Assembly: GCA_002189035.1 (NCBI GenBank)
Contig: NEEC01000162.1
Location: forward strand, 1 to 29,760
Direction of reading: 5' to 3'
DNA: 29,760 nt
Source: Utricularia gibba
Taxonomy: Eukaryota; Plantae; Magnoliophyta
Part shown: piece by piece, positions 9,905 through 21,231 of the stretch
Layout: each line of letters starts with the position of its first letter
How positions within the stretch are numbered: the first letter of the stretch is position 1
Made by a program: the position numbers and the translations under genes
Notes under the pieces: generated by a model
What the model was told of the DNA's origin: nothing
The model's input: only the letters and a program-made list of their open reading frames with translations
Database searches by the model: none

Positions 9905-10870
9905 AAATTCCAAACGAAATGTTGTGTCTCACATGATAATTTTGAATAAGTAAAAGTTCATGAAATATGACCTAGTGTTCATGTCAATCAATGTATGTCA
10001 TGAGATTAAAGTGTAGTGTGGCTATTTGAAGCACAAGACTTGTAAGACAGCTATGAACGGACACTCCTTTATGTCAAACATGTTTGAGACAACTCCTTAT
10101 AGAGTTATAGCCAATAAATGGTAGGAGTTGAGGAATTGAAAGGAAAAGGGAAGAAGGATTGCAATCATGTGGAGTTGGTAAAGGGGATGGTACCCCTCTA
10201 CAGATTTCATGAGCCAAAGTCATGAAAACTTCTTGATATTGGTTTCTAAGGTTGGCAGGCTAAAGTTACTGAGGTTAAGAGAGTACAGCCGTGCATATAA
10301 ATGATCAAATAACTAAGAGACTCTTGATATGATAAATTTTTTTTTCTTATTCTTCATGTCTACTAATGTGCTTATATTTTAAATGCTTGCATGTTTCTTT
10401 ACCTGTCCTCCTTGATTATATGTTTTATATTCAGTGCCTTGACCGCTAAACCTTCTAGGAAAGAAACCGAAAAGGAAGGACTAGGTACTACGATTCAGGT
10501 CATAGGGGAGGAAGTCTTACTACCAACCGTTTTCATGCTTCTCATGCTTGGTCTTAGGTTGGACTTTAGGAATGTAGCTTGTTTTGAAACTAATTCTTGT
10601 ATTTCTATATCATCTTTGTGTGTCCTTTAAACCTTATTAATCCTATGGCTATGTAGGGAGTGTAAGGAGAACTAAAATGTGTTTAATTTGCTATGTAGGG
10701 ATGTCCACATCATCCTTTGATGTGTTTATGTGAATAACTTTCTTTGTGCTATATTTGAATCTTGCATGATGTTTTGAATGAAGATAAAATCTTATGTTCA
10801 CTCAAATGTATTTAATTTGCTTATGAATTTGAGTTGATAGGGTAATAAGGTCTTATGTTGCTTAGGAACA
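9905..10870 (+). repeat. Degraded non-coding repeat fragment, homologue of 1290-2190 (inverted)
   Basis: Collinear shared blocks with the reverse complement of 1330-2190, roughly two-thirds identical by eye. Confidence 0.5.
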
Positions 10871-11857
10871 TAGCATCGAGGCCCGAATTCATGAATGTAT
10901 GAATTTGGGTATTGACAAACTGGCATGCTCTATGCCCTCTCTATCATCTCTAACTTTTCTATAATAGCCTCTTTCAAGTGAGAAACTATGAGAGCCTTGA
11001 TTATAGTAATTGGCTCCATTTCTTGTATAGCTAAGTTTGCATATTCATAATTCTTAAAGAGAAGACAAGTAAGCAAAGGTGATTCGGATGAACCAATCTA
11101 ACCTAGTGATTGTGGGTTTAGTTGCTACTTGAAGTGTGATTGAAGGAAAATTCCAAAGGTATTTATAAAATTGAGCAAGCATTTTACAGCACATTAACAA
11201 TGAAAATAATGTAGTAGGGAGAAGTCCTACGCATAAGTGGGATCAAACAGGGGATTTTTGTTCGTAAGTGGGTTTCTACTCCAAAGAAATTAGAAAAAAA
11301 TTGTAAGAAGGCTTCTACACTAAAAATAGGCTATGAAATGAGTAGATCATCATTTCTAAAAGTTTCAAAGTAACCATTACACTTGATACGAAAATTAATC
11401 ATGCTTAAAAGATAGCTTTAACATGCTACAGGTACTGTTCCAATTCACTCGTGAAAATAGTGAAGAACACCATGATGTAAAACATGCTAAGTTGCAAACA
11501 CTAAAACAAGATAAATGATCAGCAAGAATGTTATGTGAACTAGCAGGTTGCAAAAATGTTGAAATAAAAGGCAGACAATAAAAAGTTTGTTTAGTTCTCC
11601 AAATCCATTCTGGTGTGCATGTCAGTTTCTTCTTCTCCACAGTCAGGTTAAGCACCAAGAAAGGTGGGAAAAAACAAAAAAATTTCCCTTTTCATAAGCA
11701 ATGATATCTCATATCGCCAATAGCACCGAAACTACGATGCCTCTAGCTCGCACACACGAACTAGAAATAATTCCATCTAGAATAAAAGCAACAAATGCAT
11801 CACATACATTTTTCCCAAAATATGTTTAGACCATCTCACGATATGAACATCCATCTG

Positions 11858-12030
11858 ATACTAATATCTAATATTAGCACCAAGACTTGATTCAACCCTT
11901 GAATCAACATATTGGGAAAAACACAAATACATCAATACTAATATCTCATATTAGTTTTAATACTTGATTTGACTTTTGAATCAAGACATCAGGAAAACAC
12001 AATAAAGCCAATGCTAGTATCTCATATTAA
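11858..12030. repeat. Degenerate tandem repeat, about 76-77-bp unit, about 2.3 copies, with internal palindromes
   Basis: Units start at 11858 (ATACTAATATCTAATATTAG), 11935 (ATACTAATATCTCATATTAG) and 12011 (ATGCTAGTATCTCATATTAA). Unit 1 contains TTGATTCAA-ccc-TTGAATCAA. Confidence 0.75.
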
Positions 12031-12089
12031 CAATGACTATCAATATTAAAGAAACACGGAGGATAAATGACGAAAGTCACCAAACTTAA

Positions 12090-13230
12090 AACTAGAGTCG
12101 AGTTTTCTTCTTCGTATCACTATTCACCAGTCTCGTTTCTTGCCAAATCCTCCTGATCGTCTTTCCTTAGAGATTGAACACCTCTTCCTTAGATGAATTC
12201 TTAGAAGAAGATCAGAAAAACTCATGGGAGTTATTCTACTGCCACATATTTATAACCAAGCATTGACATGCATTTTAATACAACACAATTTCTAATGCAA
12301 ATTTATAAATATGGGCTTGGGTCTTAGGCCAAAATCATCAGCCTACATTGTTTCAGGCCTTGGTTACCAATATGAGCCTAAGCCCATATCACCAATCTCT
12401 TTAACCAACTTATGATTCAAATTTAAAAATATGCTAGAGTCTACCGAAAATTCGAATCACAAACGTCCTGGAAAATTTCTAATTCTTTGTGTATATGACT
12501 TACTAGGTTCATTATTAATCGGCAATAAGAAGCGAGAAATCTCATTTCTCTAACAACAACATTGTCCCAATATATCCTGTTTTTCATAAAATTCAAGGGA
12601 TGACTAGCATAACATATTGTATTTATCCAGTTAAAACTGAATACAATATTCAATGATGAACCTTAATTGCTATCTTTATGAGTATCCCTTCATCATAGAC
12701 TTCAATCTGGAATGGAATCATGGATAGTCAAATTCCATTTCATCTAGATCATCAACATTATCCTGAACAAGAACCTGGAATCTCATTCCAATATCTCATG
12801 AGTAATGAAACCTATCTTGATTATTGAGAGATTTTTATACACTATCGACTTAGACCATCACTATCGCTAACTTGTATATTTCAACAAGGCTAAACATCAA
12901 CAAATCTAAGACAACAATATTATAAGATACAATGAAACCTCAAGTCAAAGGATCTTTATAAAGTAATCTGAATAACACTATGTTGACGTTTGTAAAATAC
13001 CATACATATGTTATTCAGCGTCATAAGTTCGGTTAGCTCATCTCATGAGCCCCAACAAGGCTTATTCTAACACCTCATGTCAAGCAACATTCGACTTATT
13101 ACCTATTGTATCTTGATAAACACTTTATCAGCATAGTAAAATAAACAAAGGTGACAGTTAAACTCACAATGATGCCCAATCAAATTATCCAAATTGTGAA
13201 CCATTCGAAAAATACATGTTATAGGAGAAA
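12090..13230 (-). mobile_element. Degraded LTR-like fragment, probably Angela-like, reverse orientation
   Basis: TATAAATATG on the minus strand at 12245-12254. Patchy inverted similarity to 7650-7950 (GACTTGAGGT, AATTGTGA..ACCATT and CATTACTCATG blocks). Confidence 0.4.
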
Positions 13231-13360
13231 TTGTCGAATATTTTAACAACATAAAAATACATTCTCGAGAGATGTAATTTGGCCATTGCCATAAAGAGAG
13301 AACAACAATTATGGGATGCTAGATTACATGGCTTTTGTTCTAAAACATCACTAGGAAGAT

Positions 13361-13947
13361 TCCAGGTGCTCTACTACTGTTCTAGGCAATGGAGGTTATT
13401 GTAGTGTCACTCTGGAACTACTTCCATTGTCTTCTTCACACAGACAAATCTCTGTTCTTCAGGGCTCTAGGCACTGGAGTTGAGTTCCACTATCACGCTA
13501 GAACTATCTCTTCTTCGTCTTCTTCCCTGAAACTGGTTTTAACTCGTCAGAAAAACCTCTTCCAATGTTTAAAATCTTCGTACTCTCTCTCTACTCAATC
13601 GTGTCTACCCTATAGCGTGCCTTGGGGAGCCTTAGCTTCTTCTCATTCCATGTTTCCCATTGGTAGTCTTATCTCCTCGTACATGCAGATGGGTAATTCC
13701 TATTTGGCTCCTAGACTAATGAATACTACGTAGAGTGGTCATAATACATGGCCTAGCCCAAATAGGCTGACTATTCCTAGGCCTGGATGAGCAGTTAATT
13801 CACCTCAATAAGCAAATCAAAACAAAATAGGCCCAAAACATGTTTTTACACACACTAAATTTTGACATTTTTACCTATTTTATCTCACCAATTCCTTATC
13901 CGAACACTTAAAATACCACAAATATGACTAGTTTTAACTCAACATCA
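13361..13947 (-). mobile_element. Partial Athila-like LTR, 5' end at 13947
   Basis: The minus strand starts TGATGTTGAGTTAAAACTAGTCATATTTGTGGTATTTTAAGTG and joins abruptly to copia linker sequence at 13948. The left boundary is a guess. Confidence 0.4.
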
Positions 13948-16900
13948 AAGATCGAGTTTCTTTACTTGCATCATCCTCCAACTTTCCTTTGCAAGAGTTT
14001 CCTGAGGTGTAGTAGGTTCTTCTATTTTAAAGTCCTCTTCCGTCCATGATAAACGAAAATTTCTAGTGTCGTTGCAAAAATAGAAAATTCGTTATCAAAT
14101 AAAATTTATAATCCCTAATCATCACAAAATACAAATTAAACTGAAAATGCACAGTGGAATTCGGGGTCGATCACAAGAAACTTGTGCTTGTCTTGTATTT
14201 CAGCAAATGCAGAATTCAAAGTAGGTAAGTCTTAGTCCAAGCTCGAACAACAGTTGTAAACAAGTTCGGTAAACAAGGTCAGTAAGTAATATCAAGGTCT
14301 ACCTCTAAATCAAGCATCTAAGTTGTAAAGCTATTTGTTCCCCACCTTAGGTCTACTCATGGTTTGATAAAAACAAGAGCTAAGAAACTAAGGTCAATTT
14401 TACTAAGACTCTTAGACCCACACCACCATGCTTCACCTTAAGGCACTCCTAGGGTTTAGCTACTCATGCTTTAAAGGTAAAATGTAATGCCATTAACATA
14501 AAAAAGCGAAAATGTTGAGAACATCGTGCAGAAGTTTAGTGCAGAAACTAAAGACATCAACAAACTAAAAGAAAGCAAAAAGTAATCTTGTTTCTGTCTG
14601 CTACTGTTCTGGGCTGGACCAGTAGCGCTGAACTGGCTCTTGATCTTCTTCCTTCAAGCTGGAGGTTCTTCTCCAGAAAAATCGCCTTTCTTCCCCCTTC
14701 TTCCCGTGTTTCAGTTGGGGTGGGGGGAGAAACCCCCTCGTGTGTGCCCTCTTGAAAATTGTGGGATGATCTCCCTTTTTTTGTGATTCTCTCTCTTCAG
14801 CTTTCACTTGCCTCCCACTTTCCAAGGCAAGTACATTCTCTAACAGATCTGCTGCTCCAGGCCCTGACTTGCAGACTGTCGCCGTGACAGTGTACTCATT
14901 GCCCTATGCACCTTGATGACTTACACAAAATCCAGATTTTTCCTTGATTCTTGTGCTGCTGCTAGACTCCAAAATCGGGTTAGACATGGGGTGGGCTAAA
15001 TCAAAGGATTTAGCCCACTAATCACACCAAAAATCATCTTTTCCCGAATCAAATAAAAATACTTAAAACTATAAAATTAACACTTAAACATAATTAAAAT
15101 CTTTGATTTTTCTTATCCTAAAACATGAAAATTTGTGTGTTATCAGTCCAATCATATAGTAAGTTGATATAAAACTCTTTAGAATTTGGTGGTGCACTAG
15201 ATGAGGTTTTTGATATTTTCAATGAAGGATTCTAGAAGTTTGGATAGTCAAAGGACCAATTCCACATATTTAATTCATTGATCATAACATTCTTGGTAAT
15301 ACAAAACTTCTTAGTTAGAGGGTTGCAAATTTTGTATCTCTTTTCAAACTTCAGAGTAGCCTATAAGGATGCCTCCTTCACCTCCTTATGTTCATGCAAG
15401 ATGGTGAGGTGCCTTTTCATTTTTCATACAGAGTGCCTCCTTTCAATTTTCTGTTGGGAAGTATATTTTACAAATAGATAGCTATTGAGACTATTGCTTC
15501 CCATAGAGTATGTGACAATCCTTTATCTAGTAGTAGGTTCCTCACCATAGTCATGATGCTTCTATTCTTTCTCTCTACTACTCCATTTTATAATCAAGAA
15601 TTCCATGATCCTAAATGTAGAGGTCAAAGAAAAAAGAGTAGAATTCTCCGCCGTTATCAATACTTAGAAATTTGATAGAGGAACCGCTTTCCTTCTTTGT
15701 TAAAGCCTTGAAGATTTGACACGTTTCTAAGGCACTATACTTGTATTTCAAGAAGTAGATCCAAAAAAAAGGGAGTTAGATCATCAATGAAGGTAACAAA
15801 ATATTTGATCCTAGTAAAAGAATTTACCTTCAATGAGCTGCAAAAATCTAAGTAAGCTAGAGCCAAATTTTCAAATGCTCTAAAGGTTCTAAGTTGAGGA
15901 AAATGTACTTGTGTTAGTTTGCTTTTGGCATAAATACTATACTAAGTTCCCTTCATTTTCTTCTAAAACTCTATTATTCCTCTGATCAGTGCTTGTTTAG
16001 ACATGTTGTATATGTCCTTAAGATTGGCATGCCTGAATAAATTATGAAAGTACTATGTAGAAGTACCAACACAAGACAAGTGATTTTGTTCCAAGTTTAA
16101 ATATTTTTCAAAGGTCACATTGGATCCTTTCTTTACTAACTAATAATGCTTAGAAGATTCATTTCTAGTTGTGGCACCCACAATACATCATCTATGTATC
16201 TTAGAAGATTCATTTCCTTTGTCTTGTGCCTTCATGATGTTACCAATGCCAATTTCAACATTAGCAAAAAAACTGGTGTCAAGAGTGTCAAAGAATTCCC
16301 TGTTGCATGTCATGTGAGATGATCACCTTGAATCTATTTGCAAGGAATTGTAAGTCATCTTGTGACTTGCTACAGAGCATGTAAAATTGAAGCGAAGACG
16401 TATTGTGTTACTAGAGAGTTTTTTGTTTTCCTATCTGGAAAAATCCTCTCAACATGGTGGTTTGCACACCTTGCAAATGATGTATGGCCTCTTCCAACAC
16501 TATTTAGCATAGTGATGTGTTTTCACAAAACAAACGAGATGGAAGCTTGTTCTCCTTTTCTTTGTTGCCATTTTGCCTAGAACTTACAATAGTGCTACAG
16601 TCCCCTTGGCATGTTGAAGGCATTTGAAATTTGAGAGCTACTAGAGGTCTTTCAAGTGCTAAGCAATCCCTTAGTATGTGATTTTCTAAAGCTTGTACTA
16701 GAGCAAATTGAGGTAGCAGGGAGTTTAGGATCTTCTCAGTAACCACAAATTGAGGTAGCAAATGACCTTAGAACACTAAGTTGATTTGCCACCTTCAAGA
16801 CCTGATTCACAAATTGCTTCACAAATTAGTGGGAAGCATTTTTAGGCCTTCTAAATTCTACTTGCGATTGGTTATGGAAAGTTCTCTAGTGAGGTGATCT

Positions 16901-17281
16901 CCTTCAAATTCAAGATAGAGTTGAGTCCACATCTCCTTGGATATGGAGCACTTCATCAATTAAGGTGCAATAGGGAAATTGAGGAGAGAAAGAATCACTA
17001 TCTTCAGTGCCTCTCACCTCACAAGAAACTCCTAGTATCTAGCTTGAGCAGCACCACTTTTGGCTGGTTCAAGAATAGGGAAATTGTGTATTATTACACC
17101 TCACTTTTTCATTGCTCTTAGCTAGGCCATCCTATGCAGTGCTCACACTACATAATAAAAAACATCAAATTTCCATACAACACTTGATGCAGTGGTGTCC
17201 ATGGATTACAAGATGTTGATGAAGGATTATTGGCAACAAAGCTATTATAACGTGGTTTTGTAGAAAATGGCTCCAATACCG
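13948..17281 (-). mobile_element. Decayed Ty1/copia internal region (PBS, gag, protease, integrase, linker), interrupted by the solo LTR
   Basis: Degenerate PBS CGGTATTGGAGCC (17269-17281) next to LTR end ..CTAACA at 17284. gag from 17202 (FDVFYYVV*ALHRMA*LRA, like FDGENYQIWAVKMKAYLRA). Protease IDSR*SSHMTCNREFF near 16320, pre-integrase HANLK near 16040, integrase FIDD..FWIYFLK..IDNGGEF at 15630-15830, and GILIGYSE..YKICNPLTKK near 15330. Confidence 0.85.
14047..15145 (-). mobile_element. Solo LTR (1099 bp), Athila-like, with 5-bp TSD GTCCA
   Basis: Termini TGATAAAC...GTGTTATCA form an inverted repeat. GTCCA lies at both 14042-14046 and 15146-15150. Removing it rejoins the copia INT-RT linker (..LYDWTEEDFKIEEPTTPQE..). 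The U5-like CTTGTGATCGACCCCG motif gives minus orientation. Confidence 0.9.
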
Positions 17282-17934
17282 CTTGTTAGATTGTACTAAG
17301 ATGATGAATATTAGTGTAGCCAATGAACGTATTTGAATATGAAAGGAATTGCTGCAGAAGATGAGTTGATAAGGGATACAGGTAAAACAAAGCCTAAAAC
17401 TAGAGGACACACCGTAATGAAGCAAGCAGCTAAATGAAAAAAAAAAGCGTACGCTGTGACATAACCTCTATCTCATGACAGATGGATCATAAATTCTAAA
17501 AAAGAATAACCAACTAGACCGTGAAGAACTGTAACGGACATAATGTGCTAATGAGAACTTCCTCTCATGACTAACTCCAGTGACGTCATAGGTGGCTGCT
17601 AATCTATTTGTACATAGGTGGCTTCAGACTTTCAACCCATTTCTGGTGATCTGATTCTGGTCTTGTTCATTGGTTCACATTTGGAATTGCAATCGGCAAT
17701 CACCGTTGCATCAGCTGCACCCAGATCAATGTGTACACTGATAATTATCTTATTCTTCAACATTATGTATAGCTGTGCAGTCCATCGTAGTAGCTGGAAG
17801 CTCCCGGCATGAAGTTGGCTCCGATCACGATGTTTCTTCCATCTGCATCCTAGTTGAGATACGTCGGTGGGTACGAGTCAAACCCCAGAAACTCCACTAT
17901 CGACTTTCTGGAAAAGCAAGCGATTTTTAAAATA

Positions 17935-19066
17935 AACATACAATAAAAGACCAAAAACGAGGAAAACTTGATAAGAAATCTGTATCTAGTGTATTTGTTG
18001 GTTATAGCAACACTACCAAGGGATGTAAAGTTTATATACCTGACCAGAAGAAATTCATCTTTAATCATGATGTCTCTTTTGATAAAGGTGCAAAGTACAC
18101 TTTGATTAAAGATTGCATTTCTCTGAATGATGCAGAAGCTCATCAAAATCTTGGAGGGCATAACACTCACGTGAAATGTGACCTTTGGACACACATGGCT
18201 AAAAACATCTCTTCCAGGAATTCAACAAACAAGAAACTGAAGATGGAATTGAAAATATACAGGTGAATGAGAACTCAAAATCAACTTCAGAACTCTTCCA
18301 TGAAGATTCAAATCAAGTAAAGGATCAGTATTCAGATGAGAATTTCCAACCTCCAGAAGAGAAGAAGGTCACAAATGAAGACGACTTACCCAATGAGAAT
18401 TCAGAATCAATCTCAGAACCCTTATATGAACAATCACATCAGGCAAATGATCAATATTGAAATGGCAATTTCGAAGTCCCAGAAGAGGAGCAAGGCACGA
18501 ATGCAGAAGACTTATCAACAGATGAATTTGATGGAGAGGAACCTGATACTGATGATGAAGATTATTACCCATCTGATCGTGATTGGCAAGGAAGAAAATG
18601 CAAAAACATCAGAGATTCAATAGATAGTGAAGATAGTCATGTTACTAGCATAAGACGAAGCAAAAGAAACAAAGATCCTACAATAAGTTTCTCCAACTTG
18701 AATGATGATGTTCAAGATGCTGTAGCTGATATTTTGGCTGGATTATTGACAGGAGATCCAACATCATTTGAAGTGGCTGTACAAAATCCGAAATGGAGAG
18801 ATTCCATGAAGGAAGAAATGAATTCTATACTTAAAAATGAAACATGGGAGTTAGTTGATAAACTGAAGGATATGGGTTTCAAACCTATTGGTCTCAAGTG
18901 CTTATTCAAAACCAAGATGAATGCAGATGGCTCTGTTAACAAATATAAGGCTAGATTAGTAGCCAAGGGATATAGTCAAATCAAAGTAATAAATTTTCAT
19001 GAGATTTTTGCACCAGTAGCAAGATTTGGCACAATTAAGGTATTTCTTGCCATTTCAGCTGCTCAT
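17935..19066 (+). mobile_element. Ty1/copia fragment: integrase C-terminus, linker and RT N-terminus, cut by the CRM insertion at 19067
   Basis: DQKRGKLDKKSVSSVFVGYSNTTKGCKVY..NHDVSFD, then DPTSFEVAVQNPKWRDSMKEEMNSILKNETWELV..KTKMNADGSVNKYKARLVAKGYSQ..FAPVARFGTIKVFLAISAAH, which ends exactly at the TGAT terminus of the next LTR. Confidence 0.92.
18266..18517 (+). repeat. Two in-frame degenerate 126-nt (42-codon) repeats in the copia INT-RT linker
   Basis: NENSKSTSELFHEDSNQVKDQYSDENFQPPEEKKVTNEDDLP versus NENSESISEPLYEQSHQANDQY*NGNFEVPEEEQGTNAEDLS; unit starts at 18266 and 18392. Confidence 0.8.
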
Positions 19067-19634
19067 TGATGAGATCATGGATGCTACAAATTATCCCAAC
19101 GAAGATAAAGTACACAAGATCAATAATCCTCCATTGATTTCAGTTGGGCCAATCACTAGATCAAGAATAAGAAGGAATCAAGAAGTGCTTAAGAGCTTAT
19201 GAGCCAATCAACTAAGCTATAAGGTGTTTGGCATGGAATTCAACATTCTCAAAGTGGATTAACTTGATTAGAAAAGGCTCATTATTACCAAATGCATTAT
19301 AATGACTACTTTTCCTCCAATAAGGCTCAATCCTTCATCTATCTAAGAAGGCCTTACTCTTTTTTTGGACAACTTTGATTGTAATCACTTTTGAGAGCTA
19401 TTCTTCTTCCTTGAGTTCTTGTAGAACTTAGACTTATCAAGCCTCGCTTGTGCTGTCTAGTGTGTGGTTTATCACTTCAATTCCTTCCTTGATTCCGTGA
19501 GTGTGGTACCATTTCATAGTTTGGGTTGCAAGGATCTTTCCATACTTGAGGGCCAACTACTTTTTCTTGAGGGATTGCTTCTTTTCAACCAAGATCTGGT
19601 TTGCCAATCACTTGTTGATTGAAGGGTCGTATCA
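19067..19634 (+). repeat. 5' LTR (568 bp) of the host CRM element
   Basis: TGAT...ATCA termini. Encodes the CR-motif-like GPITRSRIRRNQE (19146 onward). Shares the ACTTATCAAG..GCTTGTG block with the inserted LTRs and is followed by a PBS. Confidence 0.85.
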
Positions 19635-19636
19635 GG

Positions 19637-19649
19637 TGGTATCAGAGCC
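19637..19649 (+). other. Primer-binding site (initiator Met tRNA) of the host CRM
   Basis: TGGTATCAGAGCC, 2 nt after the LTR end. Confidence 0.92.
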
Positions 19650-20284
19650 AATCTTTCTCTTCTTCATATCCTATCTATCTTGTTGTGGTTTCGTTCTAAG
19701 AAAAAAAAAACAGAAACTAGTCCATATCTATCTTGATTTGCTTATCTTGTCTTTTGCCTATCTCTTCTTCTGAAAAGAAAAACCAAGGGGGGTTTCTTAT
19801 CTTATTTCTTCCAACCTTTTCTTCTGGATTGCTGCAAAAAGAAAAAAAAAACGTGTTGAAGGGAGAAAGAACGTTAGCAGCTGAATTTTCAACTTTTCAC
19901 ACACAAGAAAAGTCAAAAAAAGAAGTTAGTCAATTGAATCCATTGAATCTTCTACTTACTAAACAAAAGAAAAGTCAAGATTGTACAACTTTGTCTATTA
20001 TCCCACTTATATTCCATTTTAACTCTTTTCATTTGTCTACCTACCACTTTTGGTGCTAATCACAACAAGTTACACTCTATCTTTTCATTCCTACTCTTAC
20101 CTATTCATAATTACTATTACCATTACCAAGTCCTATATTACTCATTTTATCCCACTTATTACCCTATCCACTCTTATCTCTTTGAACCACACTTAGATTG
20201 ATCATTTAAGGTTTATTGAGTCTTAAAGTTCAAGAGGACTTGAGTTTTGGAAATTCTCTCCTTCTTCTTTTACTTCTATCTTTC

Positions 20285-20908
20285 TGATGAGCCCCAGGAA
20301 GATAATGAAGTGTATTTGAAGAATGATGAGGAGTTTGTTCAAGTGAACAAATTAGAAAGAAAGATGATTCCACCAGGACCAATGACTAGGAGCAAGACAA
20401 AGATGGTTGAAGATACACTTAAGGGTCTACTCAATACCATTGGAATCAAACATGGGCTTGAAGACATCCCATCAAAAGAGCTCAACTACTTGAAGATGGA
20501 CTTAACTTAGTCCAATTCTAGAGTCAAAATAGCATTGGGCTTGTTAGACTTTTCTATTTCATTTAGTTTGGACTATGTAATGTTAGAGCCCAATTCTAGA
20601 GTATAAATACTCTAGAGATGTACTAATTCAGGATCTTTGGTCATTTTATGTATCTTGTGAGGATTCCCCTCTCCTTTGAGTGCTTGAACACTCTTAACTT
20701 ATCAAACTTTGAGCTTGTGGCGTTCTAGGATTATCACTTCCAATCAATCTCTATTTTCTGAAGTGTGGCTCCTAATTTTCTTTGTTTCGAAGTCTGGTTG
20801 CAAGAGATTTATTCTCTTGAGGGTAGACTTGGGTGGGTTCTCTTCTAAGCTTCAAAATCACCTCTTTTTTGTGGGTTGCCAATCTCTATAGATTAGAGGG
20901 TCACATCA
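20285..20908 (+). repeat. 5' LTR (624 bp) of the inserted CRM
   Basis: TGATGAGCCCC...GGTCACATCA, TATA box TATAAATA near 20602. Differs from the 3' LTR by 9 substitutions and one 20-bp indel (manual count). Confidence 0.96.
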
Positions 20909-20911
20909 TTT

Positions 20912-20923
20912 TGGTATCAGAGC
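20912..20923 (+). other. Primer-binding site (initiator Met tRNA) of the inserted CRM
   Basis: TGGTATCAGAGC, 3 nt after the LTR end. Confidence 0.95.
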
Positions 20924-21231
20924 TTTGGGTTCCTTATCCTTATTATTATCCAGTTCTTGTTTGAGTTCTTTCATTCCTGCCTATTCAAAAAAAAAAAAAA
21001 AAAAAAATCGTTCAAGCCAAGTCCTTATTACTTTTGGCTTTAGTACAAAAAAAAGGGAGGTTCACAGGAAGTTGATTGAAGAAGAGCTCGAAATTGAGTG
21101 TCAATTGAATAGCAAGAACACATTGAATATCATTTTCAAGTGTGCAAGAGGTCTTGTATGTGTTTCTTTGTTCTTTTTAGTTTAGTCTCTTTTCTTCCTT
21201 GCTGCTCGTTTTCTTTTGTCCAGTATTTAGG

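Noticed and set aside
1290-10870. Pack-MULE or giant TIR element carrying the LMI1-like gene
   Set aside because: The inverted copies are too diverged, have no defined termini or 9-bp TSD, and look like ordinary repeat debris.
11395-11658. 87-aa minus-strand ORF and other 60-120-aa ORFs in intergenic or LTR DNA
   Set aside because: Low-complexity F/L/S/K-rich translations with no domain motifs or splice support.
9446-13952. AAGAT at 9446-9450, 13356-13360 and 13948-13952 as a TSD for the LTR ending at 13947
   Set aside because: Neither left copy is followed by a TG terminus and the flanks do not rejoin cleanly; likely coincidence.
17284-17930. Exact right boundary of the copia 5' LTR (candidate ..TTCAACA at 17762; short CATAGGTGGCT direct repeat at 17587 and 17613)
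   Set aside because: No second LTR or TSD is available to confirm it, so the LTR is not annotated.
20987-21007. A21 run as a LINE/SINE poly(A) tail
   Set aside because: Lies in the CRM 5' UTR with no TSD or upstream retroposon body.
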